Shown: in pieces, positions 16,387 to 26,455 of the stretch
How the letters are laid out: each line of letters starts with the position of its first letter
Position numbering within the stretch: position 1 is the first letter of the stretch
Assembly (NCBI GenBank): GCA_049603795.1
Contig: JBMYSY010000019.1
Location: 2,870 to 66,869 of the forward strand
Reading direction: 5' to 3'
Source of the DNA: Magnetovibrionaceae bacterium
Lineage (GTDB): Bacteria > Pseudomonadota > Alphaproteobacteria > Rhodospirillales > JBMYSY01
DNA: 64,000 nt
Position numbers and translations under genes: made by a program
Notes under the pieces: generated by a model
What the model was told of the DNA's origin: nothing
The model's input: the letters and a program-made list of their open reading frames with translations, nothing else
The model's database searches: none

Positions 16387-18615
16387 ATGAGGCTGTTCAA
16401 TCCGGATCCGCGACTGCTCTGGGTTCGATATGCCTTGGCGATCGTGCTGATTTTCGCATTCGTGACACTCAGCCACGTTTCCATGAAATACGCGCTTGTC
16501 AAATCGGAAGCCTTCGCAGAAGCGATTGATCTCAGTGGCCGACAGCGGATGTTGAGCCAAAGAATCATGTTCTTTGCCTCGCAGTATAACCGGACCGATC
16601 CTCGCTATCAGGTATCGAGAGACCAGCTAAAGACCGCCATTGACGAGTTCGAGGCCGCCCATTTAAGGCTTACGGGCAAGGGGCGGGAAGAGCCCATGGT
16701 CGAACTGACAGACGAGCTTTCCCGGACCTATTTCGGGTCCGGCCGGACCGAAAATCTCCATGCCGATTCTCTTCAGTTCATCGCCTGGGCAAGGTTGGTC
16801 CTGGACAATGCCGATCAGGATGGCCAGGCCTTGCGACTTTTGACCCAGAGCGCTTCAGGCCCGCTTTTGGTCAAACTGAATGAGGCCGTCCAAGGCTATG
16901 AGCGCTTTGCCCATTCAATTGTCGAAGACGTCGAGGGCATTGCCAGTTTCGGCTATGCCCTTGCGATCCTCGTTTTGGGCCTGGTCATCCTGTTAATCTT
17001 CTACCCGGCCCATCGCCTGGTCGTTCGGTCGATTTCCAGCCTGGAAGACAGCGAGAAGAAGTTCAAAAGCATCATCGAGTCCTCACCGGATCCTTTGATC
17101 GTGGTTGATTCAAGCGGCACCATCCAGATGGTCAATGACCGCGTAGAGGAAGTGCTGGGTTACACCGCATCCGACCTGATTGACGGACCTGTTGAAGTTC
17201 TGCTGCCCCGCCAAATCCGCGAGCGCCACGTCCATTTGCGTGATAGCTTTTTTTTGGACCCCAAGGTTCGATCCATGGGGGAGGGGCAGTCCCTGGCAGC
17301 ACAGAAAAAAGACGGGAAAATCGTCCTCGTCGAAGTGAGCCTCAGTCCCATTTCCGTCAACGGCAGCTCCTGGGTCGCGGCCTCCATTCGGGATATCTCT
17401 GAGCGAAAGCGGATGGAGCAGGCTCTCGGCAAGGAAGTGTCCGAGCGCAAGAAGGCCATGGCTGACCTGGCACAGCGCGAAGCCGAACTTCGAACAGCCC
17501 TCGAAAACATGCCAAACGGCCTGATGATGCTCGATGCCGATCTGCGGGTGCAGATGGTGAACGAAAGATACAGTCGAATCTATCAAGAGCCCCCCGATGT
17601 TCATGCCATCGGGCGACCGATCGAGGATGTGATTCGCGACATCGCGGGCCGACATTTTGCGGACCCCGAGAAACGGGTCAAACAAAGTATGGAGGATATC
17701 CGCTCCCGGCGAGATTTTCGATCTTACCGGCATTTGAAGGATGGCCGCATCCTGTCGCACCAGCTGCGACCGATTGAGGATGGAGGCGTCGTCATCGTTA
17801 TCGAGGATATTACGGAACGCAAAAAGTCAGAACTTCAGTTGAAAGACGCCTATGGTGTGATCTCGGACAGCATCGTCTATGCGTCGCGGATCCAAAGCTC
17901 GATTCTCTCTGACATGTCAAAGCTGGAACCCGTTCTGGAGGACAGCTTCGTCTTATGGGAGCCCCGCGACATCGTGGGTGGCGACATCTATTGGTGTGAT
18001 TTCTGGGGCGACGGCATTCTTATCGTCCTTGCGGATTGCACCGGCCATGGCGTGCCGGGGGCCTTCCTCAGTCTGCTGGCGACAGGGGCCTTGGACAAGG
18101 CGCGTTCGGAAACGTTCGATGGCGATTTGCAGAGCCTGATCGCAAAATTCCACAGCATTCTGCAAAGAATGCTCTGCCAGGATCAGCCGGGCGGTCATTC
18201 CAGCGACGGTCTGGAACTGGGGGCCTGCTACATCGAGCCCAGCATGGAACGGCTCTATTTCGTAGGCGCTCGCTTTGATCTTTTTGTTGCTGATGGAGAA
18301 GATGTGACAGCCCTGCGCGGCAACAGGAACGGGCTGGGGCATCGGGGGCTGGATGCTCACCAATTTTTTGATGCTCACGAGGTACTCTTGACGGAGGGGC
18401 GGCGCTTTTATCTGTGTTCGGACGGCATAACCGACCAGATCGGCGGAGAGCGCCAGCGCGGATTTGGCAAAAAACGTCTGCTGAAGACCCTGCAATCGGT
18501 CCAGGGTCTGCCTATGAGCGACCAAAAGAACGCCATCCTTCAAGTCCTGATAGACTACCAGGGCGATCAGATGCGGCGCGACGATCTGTCGATGATCGGC
18601 TTTCAGGTTCGCTGA
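16387..18615 (+). CDS. Sensor protein: PilJ-type N-terminal domain, PAS domains and a PP2C/SpoIIE serine phosphatase
   Basis: LSGRQRMLSQRI (PilJ/NarX-like sensing helix), a TM segment, PAS signatures (SPDPLIVVD, MPNGLMMLD), and C-terminal GGDIYW...ADCTGHGVPGAF...RDDLSMIGF (SpoIIE). Confidence 0.85.
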   Translation: MRLFNPDPRLLWVRYALAIVLIFAFVTLSHVSMKYALVKSEAFAEAIDLSGRQRMLSQRIMFFASQYNRTDPRYQVSRDQLKTAIDEFEAAHLRLTGKGREEPMVELTDELSRTYFGSGRTENLHADSLQFIAWARLVLDNADQDGQALRLLTQSASGPLLVKLNEAVQGYERFAHSIVEDVEGIASFGYALAILVLGLVILLIFYPAHRLVVRSISSLEDSEKKFKSIIESSPDPLIVVDSSGTIQMVNDRVEEVLGYTASDLIDGPVEVLLPRQIRERHVHLRDSFFLDPKVRSMGEGQSLAAQKKDGKIVLVEVSLSPISVNGSSWVAASIRDISERKRMEQALGKEVSERKKAMADLAQREAELRTALENMPNGLMMLDADLRVQMVNERYSRIYQEPPDVHAIGRPIEDVIRDIAGRHFADPEKRVKQSMEDIRSRRDFRSYRHLKDGRILSHQLRPIEDGGVVIVIEDITERKKSELQLKDAYGVISDSIVYASRIQSSILSDMSKLEPVLEDSFVLWEPRDIVGGDIYWCDFWGDGILIVLADCTGHGVPGAFLSLLATGALDKARSETFDGDLQSLIAKFHSILQRMLCQDQPGGHSSDGLELGACYIEPSMERLYFVGARFDLFVADGEDVTALRGNRNGLGHRGLDAHQFFDAHEVLLTEGRRFYLCSDGITDQIGGERQRGFGKKRLLKTLQSVQGLPMSDQKNAILQVLIDYQGDQMRRDDLSMIGFQVR

Positions 18616-18714
18616 GGAACGGCGCTCGGCGGCCGAAGGGAATTGGGTGTTGATGAGCCGGCTTCGACGAACCGGGCGGGCGTTTAACGGTGAGGGGCGC
18701 AAGGGGGAAGCGCA

Positions 18715-20517
18715 ATGCTTGAGCGAAACATTGTTCTCGTGCTTTGCGGAGCCCTGGTCACGTCGGTCGTCTTCTTTGCTTTCGTCTTTGATGTCAGCAC
18801 AGAATACCGGAAAGCGGTTGCGGCCCGAGATGGCGAAGTGAGGCTGAACAGTTCCTATGCGCTGCAAGTCCAGAGATTGACGGACCTCTTGGGTTATGGG
18901 GGTGCGATCCACAATTTCAAAAACTACATCATCAGAAGAGAAGAACGATTTAGGATCACATCCGAAAAGCAGTTTAGGGAGGCCGCCGCAATCCTGGAAG
19001 AGTTGCGCGCCCAGGCACCTGTTGGCCAGCAGGTGATCTCCCACATCAATGATATTCAAGAAACGATACAGACCTATCTGTCCAAGATCCTGATAGCTTC
19101 GGACGGGGTGCGGAACAACCTGTCGATCGGGGAAGTCGATAGGATTGTCGCCGTCGATGATGCTTCTGCCCTGAAGGGGATCGAAAGCATCGCCCGTTTT
19201 TTCAAGTCCCAGACTGACCTGAAAACCAAGGAGACAGAAAATCTACTTTCCCATGTGGGATTGGAAATAGAACTCGGGTATTATTTGGTCATTATAGTCT
19301 GGTTCATTGCCATTTTGATCTCTTTTTTATTATATCGTCAAAACAATGCCGCTAAATTATTGGCAAGAGAGCGTGAAAAAGCCTTGGTAGGCGAGAGAAT
19401 TAAAACCGAATTTCTTGCCAATATGAGCCATGAGTTGCGTACGCCCATCAACGCCATAACTGGCCTGATGTCCTTGCTGCTTGATGAAAAACCCTCGGCC
19501 CGAGTCAGCCAGTATGCCGAAAAGGCCCGCAAATCTGCTTTGAAGTTGGGCACGCTGCTGGATGAGGTCCTCGACATCGCCCGGCTGCGGGCGGGCCGGA
19601 TCACCATCGAAGACGTCGGGTTCTCACCGAGTGAGATACTCGATAGCGCCTGCAGCGCCTTCCAGGCCGACCTTGAACTCAAGGGCGTCTCTTTGGCCAC
19701 ATCCCTTGATCCGGACTTGCCAGAATTGGTCTCAACAGACCCACAAAGGCTTCGGCAGATCTGGGTGAACCTGATCGGGAACGCGGTGAAGTTCACAGCC
19801 AAGGGGACCATCGACGTATCCCTCGGTTTTTCCGAAGTTTCCGACCGGGAGGGAAGCCTTATTCTTGCGGTTTCGGACACGGGTCCGGGCATTGCAGCCG
19901 ACCGGCTCGATATCATCTTTGATGACTTTGCCCAGGCCGACGGCTCAGCTTCGCGGCCCTTCGACGGGGCCGGTCTCGGGCTGGCCATCTGCAGAAGGTT
20001 GACCGAGGAACTGGGAGGTCGGCTTTCCGCTGATTCGGAACCGGAGAAAGGGTCGACGTTCTCGGTGGTGATCCCTTGTCAGGTTGAAAGGCGGCAGGAG
20101 CCCCGCCTTCCGGAGAGCCCCTCCGGTGATCCCGCTACTCTCGACAACAAGGTCTTGCTGATCGCAGAAGACAACAAGTTGCTGGCAAAGATCGCTTTCG
20201 CAAAGCTCAAAGGATTTTTTGGAGAGGTCATCGTCGTCCATACGGCTAAGGAAGCCCTTGAAACGGTTCACGACAAAGAAATTGATCTGGTCTTGATTAA
20301 TGCCGGATTGCGGGACGTCGACGGACTGGCCTTTACCCGGACGTTGCGCCAATCCGGCCGGGAGGGCGCGAACACAGCCGTCATTGGGATTTCAAACGAT
20401 ATTGTCGCCAGGCGTCCGGAGGACTGTTTGGCCGCGGGCATGAACGAGGTTATCCAGGAGCCGCTCGATCCGGCAGAGTTTTTGGCAAGAGCTCGGTCCG
20501 TGATCCAGCAGGCCTGA
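18715..20517 (+). CDS. Hybrid sensor histidine kinase / response regulator
   Basis: H-box MSHELRTPINAI, HATPase motifs (NAVKFT, DTGPGI, GAGLGLAICR), and a C-terminal receiver with DLVLINAGLRDVDG. Confidence 0.9.
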   Translation: MLERNIVLVLCGALVTSVVFFAFVFDVSTEYRKAVAARDGEVRLNSSYALQVQRLTDLLGYGGAIHNFKNYIIRREERFRITSEKQFREAAAILEELRAQAPVGQQVISHINDIQETIQTYLSKILIASDGVRNNLSIGEVDRIVAVDDASALKGIESIARFFKSQTDLKTKETENLLSHVGLEIELGYYLVIIVWFIAILISFLLYRQNNAAKLLAREREKALVGERIKTEFLANMSHELRTPINAITGLMSLLLDEKPSARVSQYAEKARKSALKLGTLLDEVLDIARLRAGRITIEDVGFSPSEILDSACSAFQADLELKGVSLATSLDPDLPELVSTDPQRLRQIWVNLIGNAVKFTAKGTIDVSLGFSEVSDREGSLILAVSDTGPGIAADRLDIIFDDFAQADGSASRPFDGAGLGLAICRRLTEELGGRLSADSEPEKGSTFSVVIPCQVERRQEPRLPESPSGDPATLDNKVLLIAEDNKLLAKIAFAKLKGFFGEVIVVHTAKEALETVHDKEIDLVLINAGLRDVDGLAFTRTLRQSGREGANTAVIGISNDIVARRPEDCLAAGMNEVIQEPLDPAEFLARARSVIQQA

Positions 20518-20637
20518 GGCTGAGCTGTCAGAAAGTTGAAATGGCTTTGATGCAATAAATAAGAGTATTCTTATTGACATTTTCCTTAATTTGAATGACG
20601 ATCTGGATGTGGGGGCTACAAGTGCGTCCAGTTCATT

Positions 20638-20665
20638 CCGCCTCCCCTTGGAAGGCGGTTTTTTT
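20638..20665 (+). terminator. Rho-independent terminator
   Basis: CCGCCT (20638-20643), a 9-nt loop, AGGCGG (20653-20658), then T7. It lies about 120 nt downstream of the histidine kinase stop. Confidence 0.6.
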
Positions 20666-20734
20666 ATGTCTTGTCTGAGGCGTATGCGAAGTTCTTCCCT
20701 TTCATAGTTTTGGCAGTAATACCGGTGTTGCTGG

Positions 20735-21060
20735 GTGCAACCTATGAAAAACCAGCCCCTGTTGATTCCCGAGAGCTCGCCGACACAGGAAATTCTTTTG
20801 TACCAGGACAAAAATACCTATTTACTCGAACAGCCGACGGATTTTATTTTCTGCAGCAAGGCCGGATCAAAAATTCGCCCACACTGCGAATTCAAACAAG
20901 TGCTCGTAGACGGACTATTATTTAGAGTTTTTTTGATCGACTATTATTGGGCGATGTAATGGCAATGCGAAACCGCCTTATTCGTCGCTTCTGCTCCTGG
21001 CTCGATCTTCCGGCGGATCGGGACTTGACCGTGAACCGTTGCCGGACCCTGGGCAAGTAA
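20735..21060 (+). pseudogene. Truncated, frameshifted paralog of the 3' half of gene 21214-21912
   Basis: PTQEILLYQDKNTYLLEQPTDFIFCSK..RPHCEFKQ aligns with PTQEILLLRDKDAYLLEKPNDFIFCSK..RPHCEFRQ. The T-run has 7 T here and 8 T in the intact copy, which shifts the frame. There is no N-terminal or signal-peptide part. Confidence 0.6.
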
Positions 21061-21106
21061 CGCCCAACTTCACCCACCCAAAACGTGAGAAAGAAAGGAT
21101 GTTCTG

Positions 21107-21226
21107 ATGTCAGAGCAAATGAACACGCGCGCCCTGCTCAGCCGTTCGATTGACTTCTTCATCCCAACAACACATGCTCTTAATTCAAGATTTAAGCGCG
21201 AGGTGGTTTCGTTATGCGATGCCTGA
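21107..21226 (+). pseudogene. Duplicated 5' end of gene 21959-23608, truncated after about 9 conserved codons
   Basis: The RBS region and ATGTCAGAGCAAATGAACAC are the same as at 21959. The sequence diverges after MSEQMNTRA and stops at 21224-21226. Confidence 0.55.
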
Positions 21227-21912
21227 TGATCATATTGAGCCTCGCAACCGGACTGCTGTCAGTCAGCCCGTCGGTCATGGCCGCCCGCGCAAACGAAGAT
21301 GAGTCACGCATTCAACAGTTCTTGATCGGTGATTATGCCCTGGACATTCCGATTGGCTATCTCACGCCGTTTCAAAGGGCGATGACCGAAAATTACGACG
21401 GACGTTTCGCCGTTCGACAACAGATTTCATTGCACATGCAGTATCCGGAAATTCTTCCTCCGACGCCGGAGATGTTGACCCAGTCACCGAAGATGCCGGA
21501 ACCAAAATATTACTTCAGGGTGCAAATTACTATTCGTCCAAACCAGATCGAAACTCACCCGGCATCTAAAATGAGGAAGCTGGAGGAACAGGGAGCTTGT
21601 CAGGCGGAAAACTTCATGGACGAATGCCCTCCGACACAAGAAATTCTATTGCTCCGCGACAAAGATGCCTATTTGCTAGAAAAACCGAACGATTTTATTT
21701 TTTGCAGCAAGCCCAAATCAACCTATCGACCTCATTGTGAATTCAGGCAAATAATTATAGAAAGCTTATTTTTTAGAGTTTTTTTTGATAGATTATTATT
21801 GAGCGATGTGTTGACAATGCGAAACCGCCTTGTTCGTCGCTTCTGCTCCTGGCTCGATCTTCCGGCGGATCGGGACTTGGTCGTGAATCGTTGCCGGACC
21901 CCGGGCAATTAA
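21214..21912 (+). CDS. Exported hypothetical protein (232 aa)
   Basis: Signal peptide MRCLMIILSLATGLLSVSPSVMAARA. The gene is low-GC and I recognise no family. Confidence 0.7.
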   Translation: MRCLMIILSLATGLLSVSPSVMAARANEDESRIQQFLIGDYALDIPIGYLTPFQRAMTENYDGRFAVRQQISLHMQYPEILPPTPEMLTQSPKMPEPKYYFRVQITIRPNQIETHPASKMRKLEEQGACQAENFMDECPPTQEILLLRDKDAYLLEKPNDFIFCSKPKSTYRPHCEFRQIIIESLFFRVFFDRLLLSDVLTMRNRLVRRFCSWLDLPADRDLVVNRCRTPGN

Positions 21913-21958
21913 CGCCCAAATTCACCCACCTAAAACTTGAGAATGAAAGGACGTTCTG

Positions 21959-23608
21959 ATGTCAGAGCAAATGAACACACGTGCGCGCCACGCAGATATC
22001 CTGGCGAAGGCCAAAGCCCACCTTGCTAATGGAAACCCAGGCGAATACTGGCGAACTCTGGAAGCCATCAGTCCGCGCTATGCCAGAACGGCAGGCAAAG
22101 TTTCGCGCAACGAAGGCTGGGAAGGCAAAGGAGCGAGAGAGCGTCTCCAAGATGCCTATGAGAAGAAACATGGACGTCGAATGACTGAGGCGGATATGAC
22201 AGGTATTGAGCTCAATATTGCTGAAGCAGATGCCGAAATCCGCACGATCCAATTAACTGAAACAGGTATGGCCAGTGTATCTTTGCAGCAGACGGATGAT
22301 TACCACCAGAATGCCTTTGAAGAAATCGGCCTCCCGCCGGACACCTACACTCTGCATAATGCGGTGAAGGTGCTGGGTACCGCCGCCGATGCGGTGCTGG
22401 ATACCGATGATCCGGACAATCCCGAACACCGTGCCCGGTTCGAAGAAGCCCTGGATGACCGGGATGTCGGATGGGTTGAGCACGGGAAAAATGTTTGGGA
22501 CGCCTTCTGGGATGGTCCAAGCTTCGGATTGGATGCCCTGGAGGGATATGCACATGACCTATTGCCGGAGGATACGGAACAGGTCGATGAGGCCCCAGAA
22601 GTCGGCACACGCGAAGAAGACGAAGGGCTCGATCGCCTTCAAAGCAATATAGACGGGGTTGCCCTGTCTGCCGAACATCAACTGGTTGAAGCCTTCACCG
22701 CCGATGATGGCCAGTCAGATGTTCTTTACAAGCGGACGGAAGACATCACCGAAGACGAGATCGAAGGTGTTATGAAGTCCGACACCTATTGGGAGTCCAA
22801 TAATCCCGATTATCTGGCATCCAAGGAAAAGGTGAAGGCCTTTTACGACCTGAATTACGGCACTGACCCGGTGGAACGGGACGCAACGGGACGGATGATC
22901 GATTCCGGGCCGAAGCGAAAAATTCCGACGGAAACCAGTCCCGCTAAAGCCGCCGATAGGAAACCTCTAAGCCAAGCGCTTGGTGATTTTGCCAAAAGTC
23001 TTTCCAAGGCCTTGGAAACGGCTACCCAGACCGATCAGGTGAAGACAGCACAGGAGGCCCTGAATATCCTGAACAACCGATCCCAAAAGAACGGAAACGA
23101 GTCTCCTCAGCCCATGCTGGCCGTTGACGGTCAGGCCGGTCCCAAGACACGGGCGGCTTTGAAGAACACGCTTGTCCAAAACAAGCCGTCGCATGTTCAG
23201 GACTCGGTCGCCCTTGCCAGCTTCAAACCGACCGTCCAAAAGGCTGCTCAATCTGGGACGGCGCACGCGTTGAATCAGGCCACGGGAAAGTCGTTCGGTG
23301 GGCTGTTTTCAAAACCCCAGGCCCAACAGCCGAATGCGACCACGCCCACAAAACCAAAGCTGGGTTCGGGTCCAACGACACTGGGACGGCGGGCCGAACA
23401 GTCCAACCCGCTTGGGCTTGGACTACAAATCGCCGTAAACTTTGCTGCCGAAGATCACGGTCTCTTCGCTTCAAAAGCCGTTGAACCGTTAAAAGAAGAC
23501 GGCATAGTCGGGCCGAAGACCGAAGCGGCCTTCGGAAAGGTCGCGAAGGAAATTGGCTCAGATGATATGCTGGACCGCATCGGCCAGGAGATGGGTCTTT
23601 TCGGCTGA
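21959..23608 (+). CDS. Hypothetical 549-aa protein with two peptidoglycan-binding (PG_binding_1-like) modules
   Basis: QEALNIL...VDGQAGPKTRAALKN and LQIAVNF...EDGIVGPKTEAAFGKV match the lQ.aLn...vDG.fGp.T..Al motif. The N-terminal half is acidic and unrecognised. No signal peptide is visible. Confidence 0.75.
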   Translation: MSEQMNTRARHADILAKAKAHLANGNPGEYWRTLEAISPRYARTAGKVSRNEGWEGKGARERLQDAYEKKHGRRMTEADMTGIELNIAEADAEIRTIQLTETGMASVSLQQTDDYHQNAFEEIGLPPDTYTLHNAVKVLGTAADAVLDTDDPDNPEHRARFEEALDDRDVGWVEHGKNVWDAFWDGPSFGLDALEGYAHDLLPEDTEQVDEAPEVGTREEDEGLDRLQSNIDGVALSAEHQLVEAFTADDGQSDVLYKRTEDITEDEIEGVMKSDTYWESNNPDYLASKEKVKAFYDLNYGTDPVERDATGRMIDSGPKRKIPTETSPAKAADRKPLSQALGDFAKSLSKALETATQTDQVKTAQEALNILNNRSQKNGNESPQPMLAVDGQAGPKTRAALKNTLVQNKPSHVQDSVALASFKPTVQKAAQSGTAHALNQATGKSFGGLFSKPQAQQPNATTPTKPKLGSGPTTLGRRAEQSNPLGLGLQIAVNFAAEDHGLFASKAVEPLKEDGIVGPKTEAAFGKVAKEIGSDDMLDRIGQEMGLFG

Positions 23609-23633
23609 TTCCTATCTGAATACCCAACTTCCG

Positions 23634-23677
23634 AAAACGGCACCCAGGGCTAGGCTCTCGGGTGCCGTTTTCGTTTT
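23634..23677 (+). terminator. Rho-independent terminator
   Basis: AAAACGGCACCC (23634-23645), a loop, GGGTGCCGTTTT (23660-23671), then CGTTTT. Confidence 0.8.
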
Positions 23678-23707
23678 GTGGTCAGTCTAGACGTCGTCAT
23701 TTCGGGT

Positions 23708-23763
23708 GAGCGGTTCGTCTCGAACAAGGGTCGAACGGAGCGGAGCAATCGAAAAAATGGCGG
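23708..23763. repeat. Direct repeat copy A (about 56 bp) ending in a tRNA-3'-end-like TGGCGG
   Basis: GAGCGGTTCGTCTCGAACAAGGGTCGAACGGAGCGGAGCAATCGAAAAAATGGCGG resembles copy B, 183 bp downstream. Confidence 0.7.
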
Positions 23764-23890
23764 CACCCCTCGGAGTCATCTTGAACCAGAGGCGTAAACA
23801 TTTCGACTTTGGAGAAATGGTGGAGTCGACCGAAGTTTGTTTAAACCCAACAGCCCTGAGCCGCGCCCATGCGAGCATCGACCCCTCGCA

Positions 23891-23940
23891 GAGCGGATCG
23901 TCTCAGACAAGGGGCGAGCGGAGCGGGGCAATCGAAAGAA

Positions 23941-23946
<6 letters not shown>
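23891..23946. repeat. Direct repeat copy B, abutting and overlapping the 3' end of tRNA-Ala
   Basis: GAGCGGATCGTCTCAGACAAGGGGCGAGCGGAGCGGGGCAATCGAAAGAATGGTGG. A third TGGTGGAGTCGA fragment sits at 23818-23829. Confidence 0.7.
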
Positions 23947-24016
<70 letters not shown>

Positions 24017-24147
24017 ATCGCTGCCGGTGGACGGGTTGTCGGTTGCCTGATTTCAGACGACCACCTGTTTGGGACAGGTAACACCGGCTGTTGTGTGGGG
24101 GCGGAAACTAGGGCGCGGGCGCGCTCCTGACAACCCCCTTTTTTTGA

Positions 24148-24507
24148 TTAGTTGTCCTTGTCGCCGTCGTCGTCGGATCCGGCATCGACGCCAATGTCGC
24201 CATCGTCCTCATCAAGGTCAGAGGTGTCCTCGATCAGATCATCCGAATCATCATCTTCGATCTCGACGTCATCGTCATCGTCGTTCTCGATCAGAAGATT
24301 TTCGTCCTCTTCTGCTGCCTCTTTCTTTTCTTCCGCAGGCTTCGGTGCCTTGTCGGCAACCGGCGCAGGACGACGGGACTTCAAGATCGTTTCGGGCCGG
24401 AACTCCGAACCGCATTTCGGGCAGATGATGGGGTTTCGACCTAGATCGTAAAACGGTGCGCCGCAGCTCTGGCAGTTGCGCTTCTGTCCCCATTCCGGTT
24501 TGGCCAC
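24148..24507 (-). CDS. FYDLN_acid (TIGR02300-type) zinc-ribbon protein with an acidic tail
   Basis: CQSCGAPFYDLGRNPIICPKCGSEF followed by a D/E-rich C-terminus. Confidence 0.85.
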   Translation of the reverse strand: MAKPEWGQKRNCQSCGAPFYDLGRNPIICPKCGSEFRPETILKSRRPAPVADKAPKPAEEKKEAAEEDENLLIENDDDDDVEIEDDDSDDLIEDTSDLDEDDGDIGVDAGSDDDGDKDN

Positions 24508-24719
24508 GGTTATCCTCCGACGTTCAAACGAGACGAATTATCCTGTTGTTCCGCACCGACCAGATGGACAAGAGCGGAACCAGAGGCACTTGCCATGGCG
24601 GGCGAGGCCTTGTCAAAAGCTATGTGGGCTTCCTGCCCAAAAAATCAAAAAACCATTGAGCCGGACCGCCGTTCGGTGTCAGTTCTGTCGGCCCCTTGAT
24701 CAACAGAGACGAGATCCGC

Positions 24720-26054
24720 ATGTCGACCACCAGCGCCCGTTCCGCCAAGGCCACCGCCCTGAAAGGCACCATCTGCGTGCCGGGGGATAAATCGATTTCC
24801 CACCGGGCCCTGATGTTCGGCGCGCTCAGCCTGGGCGAAACCCGGGTGACGGGTCTGCTAACCGGCGAAGACGTCCTGCGCACGGCGGAGGCCATGCGGG
24901 CACTGGGTGCCGAGGTCATCGCCCCGGAAGAGTCCGGCGGAGATTGGCTGATTGCGGGTCGCGGCATCGGTGGACTGGTGGAGCCGGCGGACGTGCTCGA
25001 TATGGGCAATTCCGGTACGGCGGCGCGTCTTCTCTTGGGGCTGTTGGCAACCCATCCTTTGACGGCGACCTTGACCGGCGATGCCTCGCTTCGGTCCCGG
25101 CCCATGCGGCGTGTGACGGATCCCCTTTCCGGGATCGGTGCCCGCTTCATGGGGCGCAGCGGCGGTCGGCTGCCCCTGACCATCTCCGGCACCGACCAGG
25201 GCCTGCCCGCGCTTCACGAGACCAAGATCGCCTCCGCCCAGGTGAAATCCGCCATCCTCCTGGCCGGGCTGAACCTTCCGGGCGAAACCACGGTGATCGA
25301 ACCGAAGCCCACACGCGATCATACGGAGCGCATGCTGGGCCATTTCGGTGCCGACGTGGAGACCGAGCTGCTGGACGATGGTCGTTTTCGCGCAACCCTT
25401 AAAGGTCAGCCGGAATTGGTCGGTGCCGATGTTCTGGTGCCGGGCGATATCTCATCCTCGGCCTTTCCGATTGTTGCGGCGCTGATTGTGCCGGGATCAG
25501 ACCTGCGGGTCGAGAACGTGGGCCTGAACGCGACCCGTGTCGGCCTGATCACCACACTCAAGGACATGGGGGCCGCCCTTGAGATTGAGAACGAGCGCAT
25601 CCAGGGTGGCGAGCCGGTGGGTGATATCCATGTCCGCCATTCCGCGCTGAAAGCCATTACGGTCCCGGCAGAACGCGCCCCCAGCATGATTGATGAATAC
25701 CCGGTCTTGAGCGTGGCGGCTGCCTTTGCCGATGGCGAGATGCGCTTCGAAGGCGTGGAAGAGTTGCGCGTCAAGGAAAGCGACCGCATCGCCATGATGA
25801 TCAATGGGCTGAAGGCCTGCGGCGTTCCCTGTGCCGACGGCCCGGACTGGATGACGGTTCAGGGTTCCGCCGGTGGTCCGGTGAAAGGTGGCGCGGAAGT
25901 CGCCGTCTCACTTGATCACCGCATCGCCATGTCATTCGCCGTGCTAGGCATGGCAGCGGAAGAGACGGTCGGCGTCGATGATGCGGAAGCCATCGGTACC
26001 AGCTTTCCGGGCTTCGCGGATTTGATGAATGGGATGGGTGCCGCGATTCGCTGA
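24720..26054 (+). CDS. aroA: 3-phosphoshikimate 1-carboxyvinyltransferase (EPSP synthase)
   Basis: [27 protein letters not shown] and KESDRI are hallmark motifs. Start chosen at [10 protein letters not shown]. Confidence 0.95.
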   Translation: MSTTSARSAKATALKGTICVPGDKSISHRALMFGALSLGETRVTGLLTGEDVLRTAEAMRALGAEVIAPEESGGDWLIAGRGIGGLVEPADVLDMGNSGTAARLLLGLLATHPLTATLTGDASLRSRPMRRVTDPLSGIGARFMGRSGGRLPLTISGTDQGLPALHETKIASAQVKSAILLAGLNLPGETTVIEPKPTRDHTERMLGHFGADVETELLDDGRFRATLKGQPELVGADVLVPGDISSSAFPIVAALIVPGSDLRVENVGLNATRVGLITTLKDMGAALEIENERIQGGEPVGDIHVRHSALKAITVPAERAPSMIDEYPVLSVAAAFADGEMRFEGVEELRVKESDRIAMMINGLKACGVPCADGPDWMTVQGSAGGPVKGGAEVAVSLDHRIAMSFAVLGMAAEETVGVDDAEAIGTSFPGFADLMNGMGAAIR

Positions 26055-26191
26055 ATCCGCTTGTGAATTAACCCTTTGTGGGCGGATTCGTTATCGGCTA
26101 TTGTATCCGAATCGGTCTTGTCAAGCTGGATGTCATTCGGTAAGACGGGCCGCTTTTGATTCAAGGGGCGCGGCGCTTCGCGAGCTACAAC

Positions 26192-26422
26192 ATGTCTTTG
26201 GATGATTTAAAAAAAGAATATGATGACCTGCTGGCGATCAAGCCGGTCAAGGACGTGTGCCTATGGCGTTTGCCAAACACAGAAACAAAGATTGACAATG
26301 AGGCTCAGGCCAAGAGCTTTGAGAAATTGGCCCCAGCATACGTGAATCTGGTCACCGAAGCCGCCGAGGGTATTGCTCCTCTCGGAACCGTCCCATCGAC
26401 CTCGTCCAAAAAGGATGAATGA
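26192..26422 (+). CDS. Hypothetical small protein (76 aa; alternative TTG start at 26156)
   Basis: Low-GC ORF MSLDDLKKEYDDLLAIKPVKDV... inserted between aroA and cmk. I recognise no family. Confidence 0.5.
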   Translation: MSLDDLKKEYDDLLAIKPVKDVCLWRLPNTETKIDNEAQAKSFEKLAPAYVNLVTEAAEGIAPLGTVPSTSSKKDE

Positions 26423-26455
26423 CATTTCTGACGATCGTGGATTTTTGAGCATACA

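Noticed and set aside
20574-20665. Possible small RNA from TTGACA (20574-20579) to the terminator at 20638-20665
   Set aside because: The hexamer 17 nt downstream is GACGAT, a poor -10 element. The terminator is explained adequately as the end of the histidine kinase transcript.
24017-24147. GGGGG...CCCCC followed by T7 (about 24089-24146) as a plus-strand terminator
   Set aside because: It has only a 5-bp outer stem with a ~40-nt loop, and no plus-strand gene ends upstream. More probably it is part of the tRNA-Ala promoter/upstream region or the FYDLN_acid gene 3' flank.
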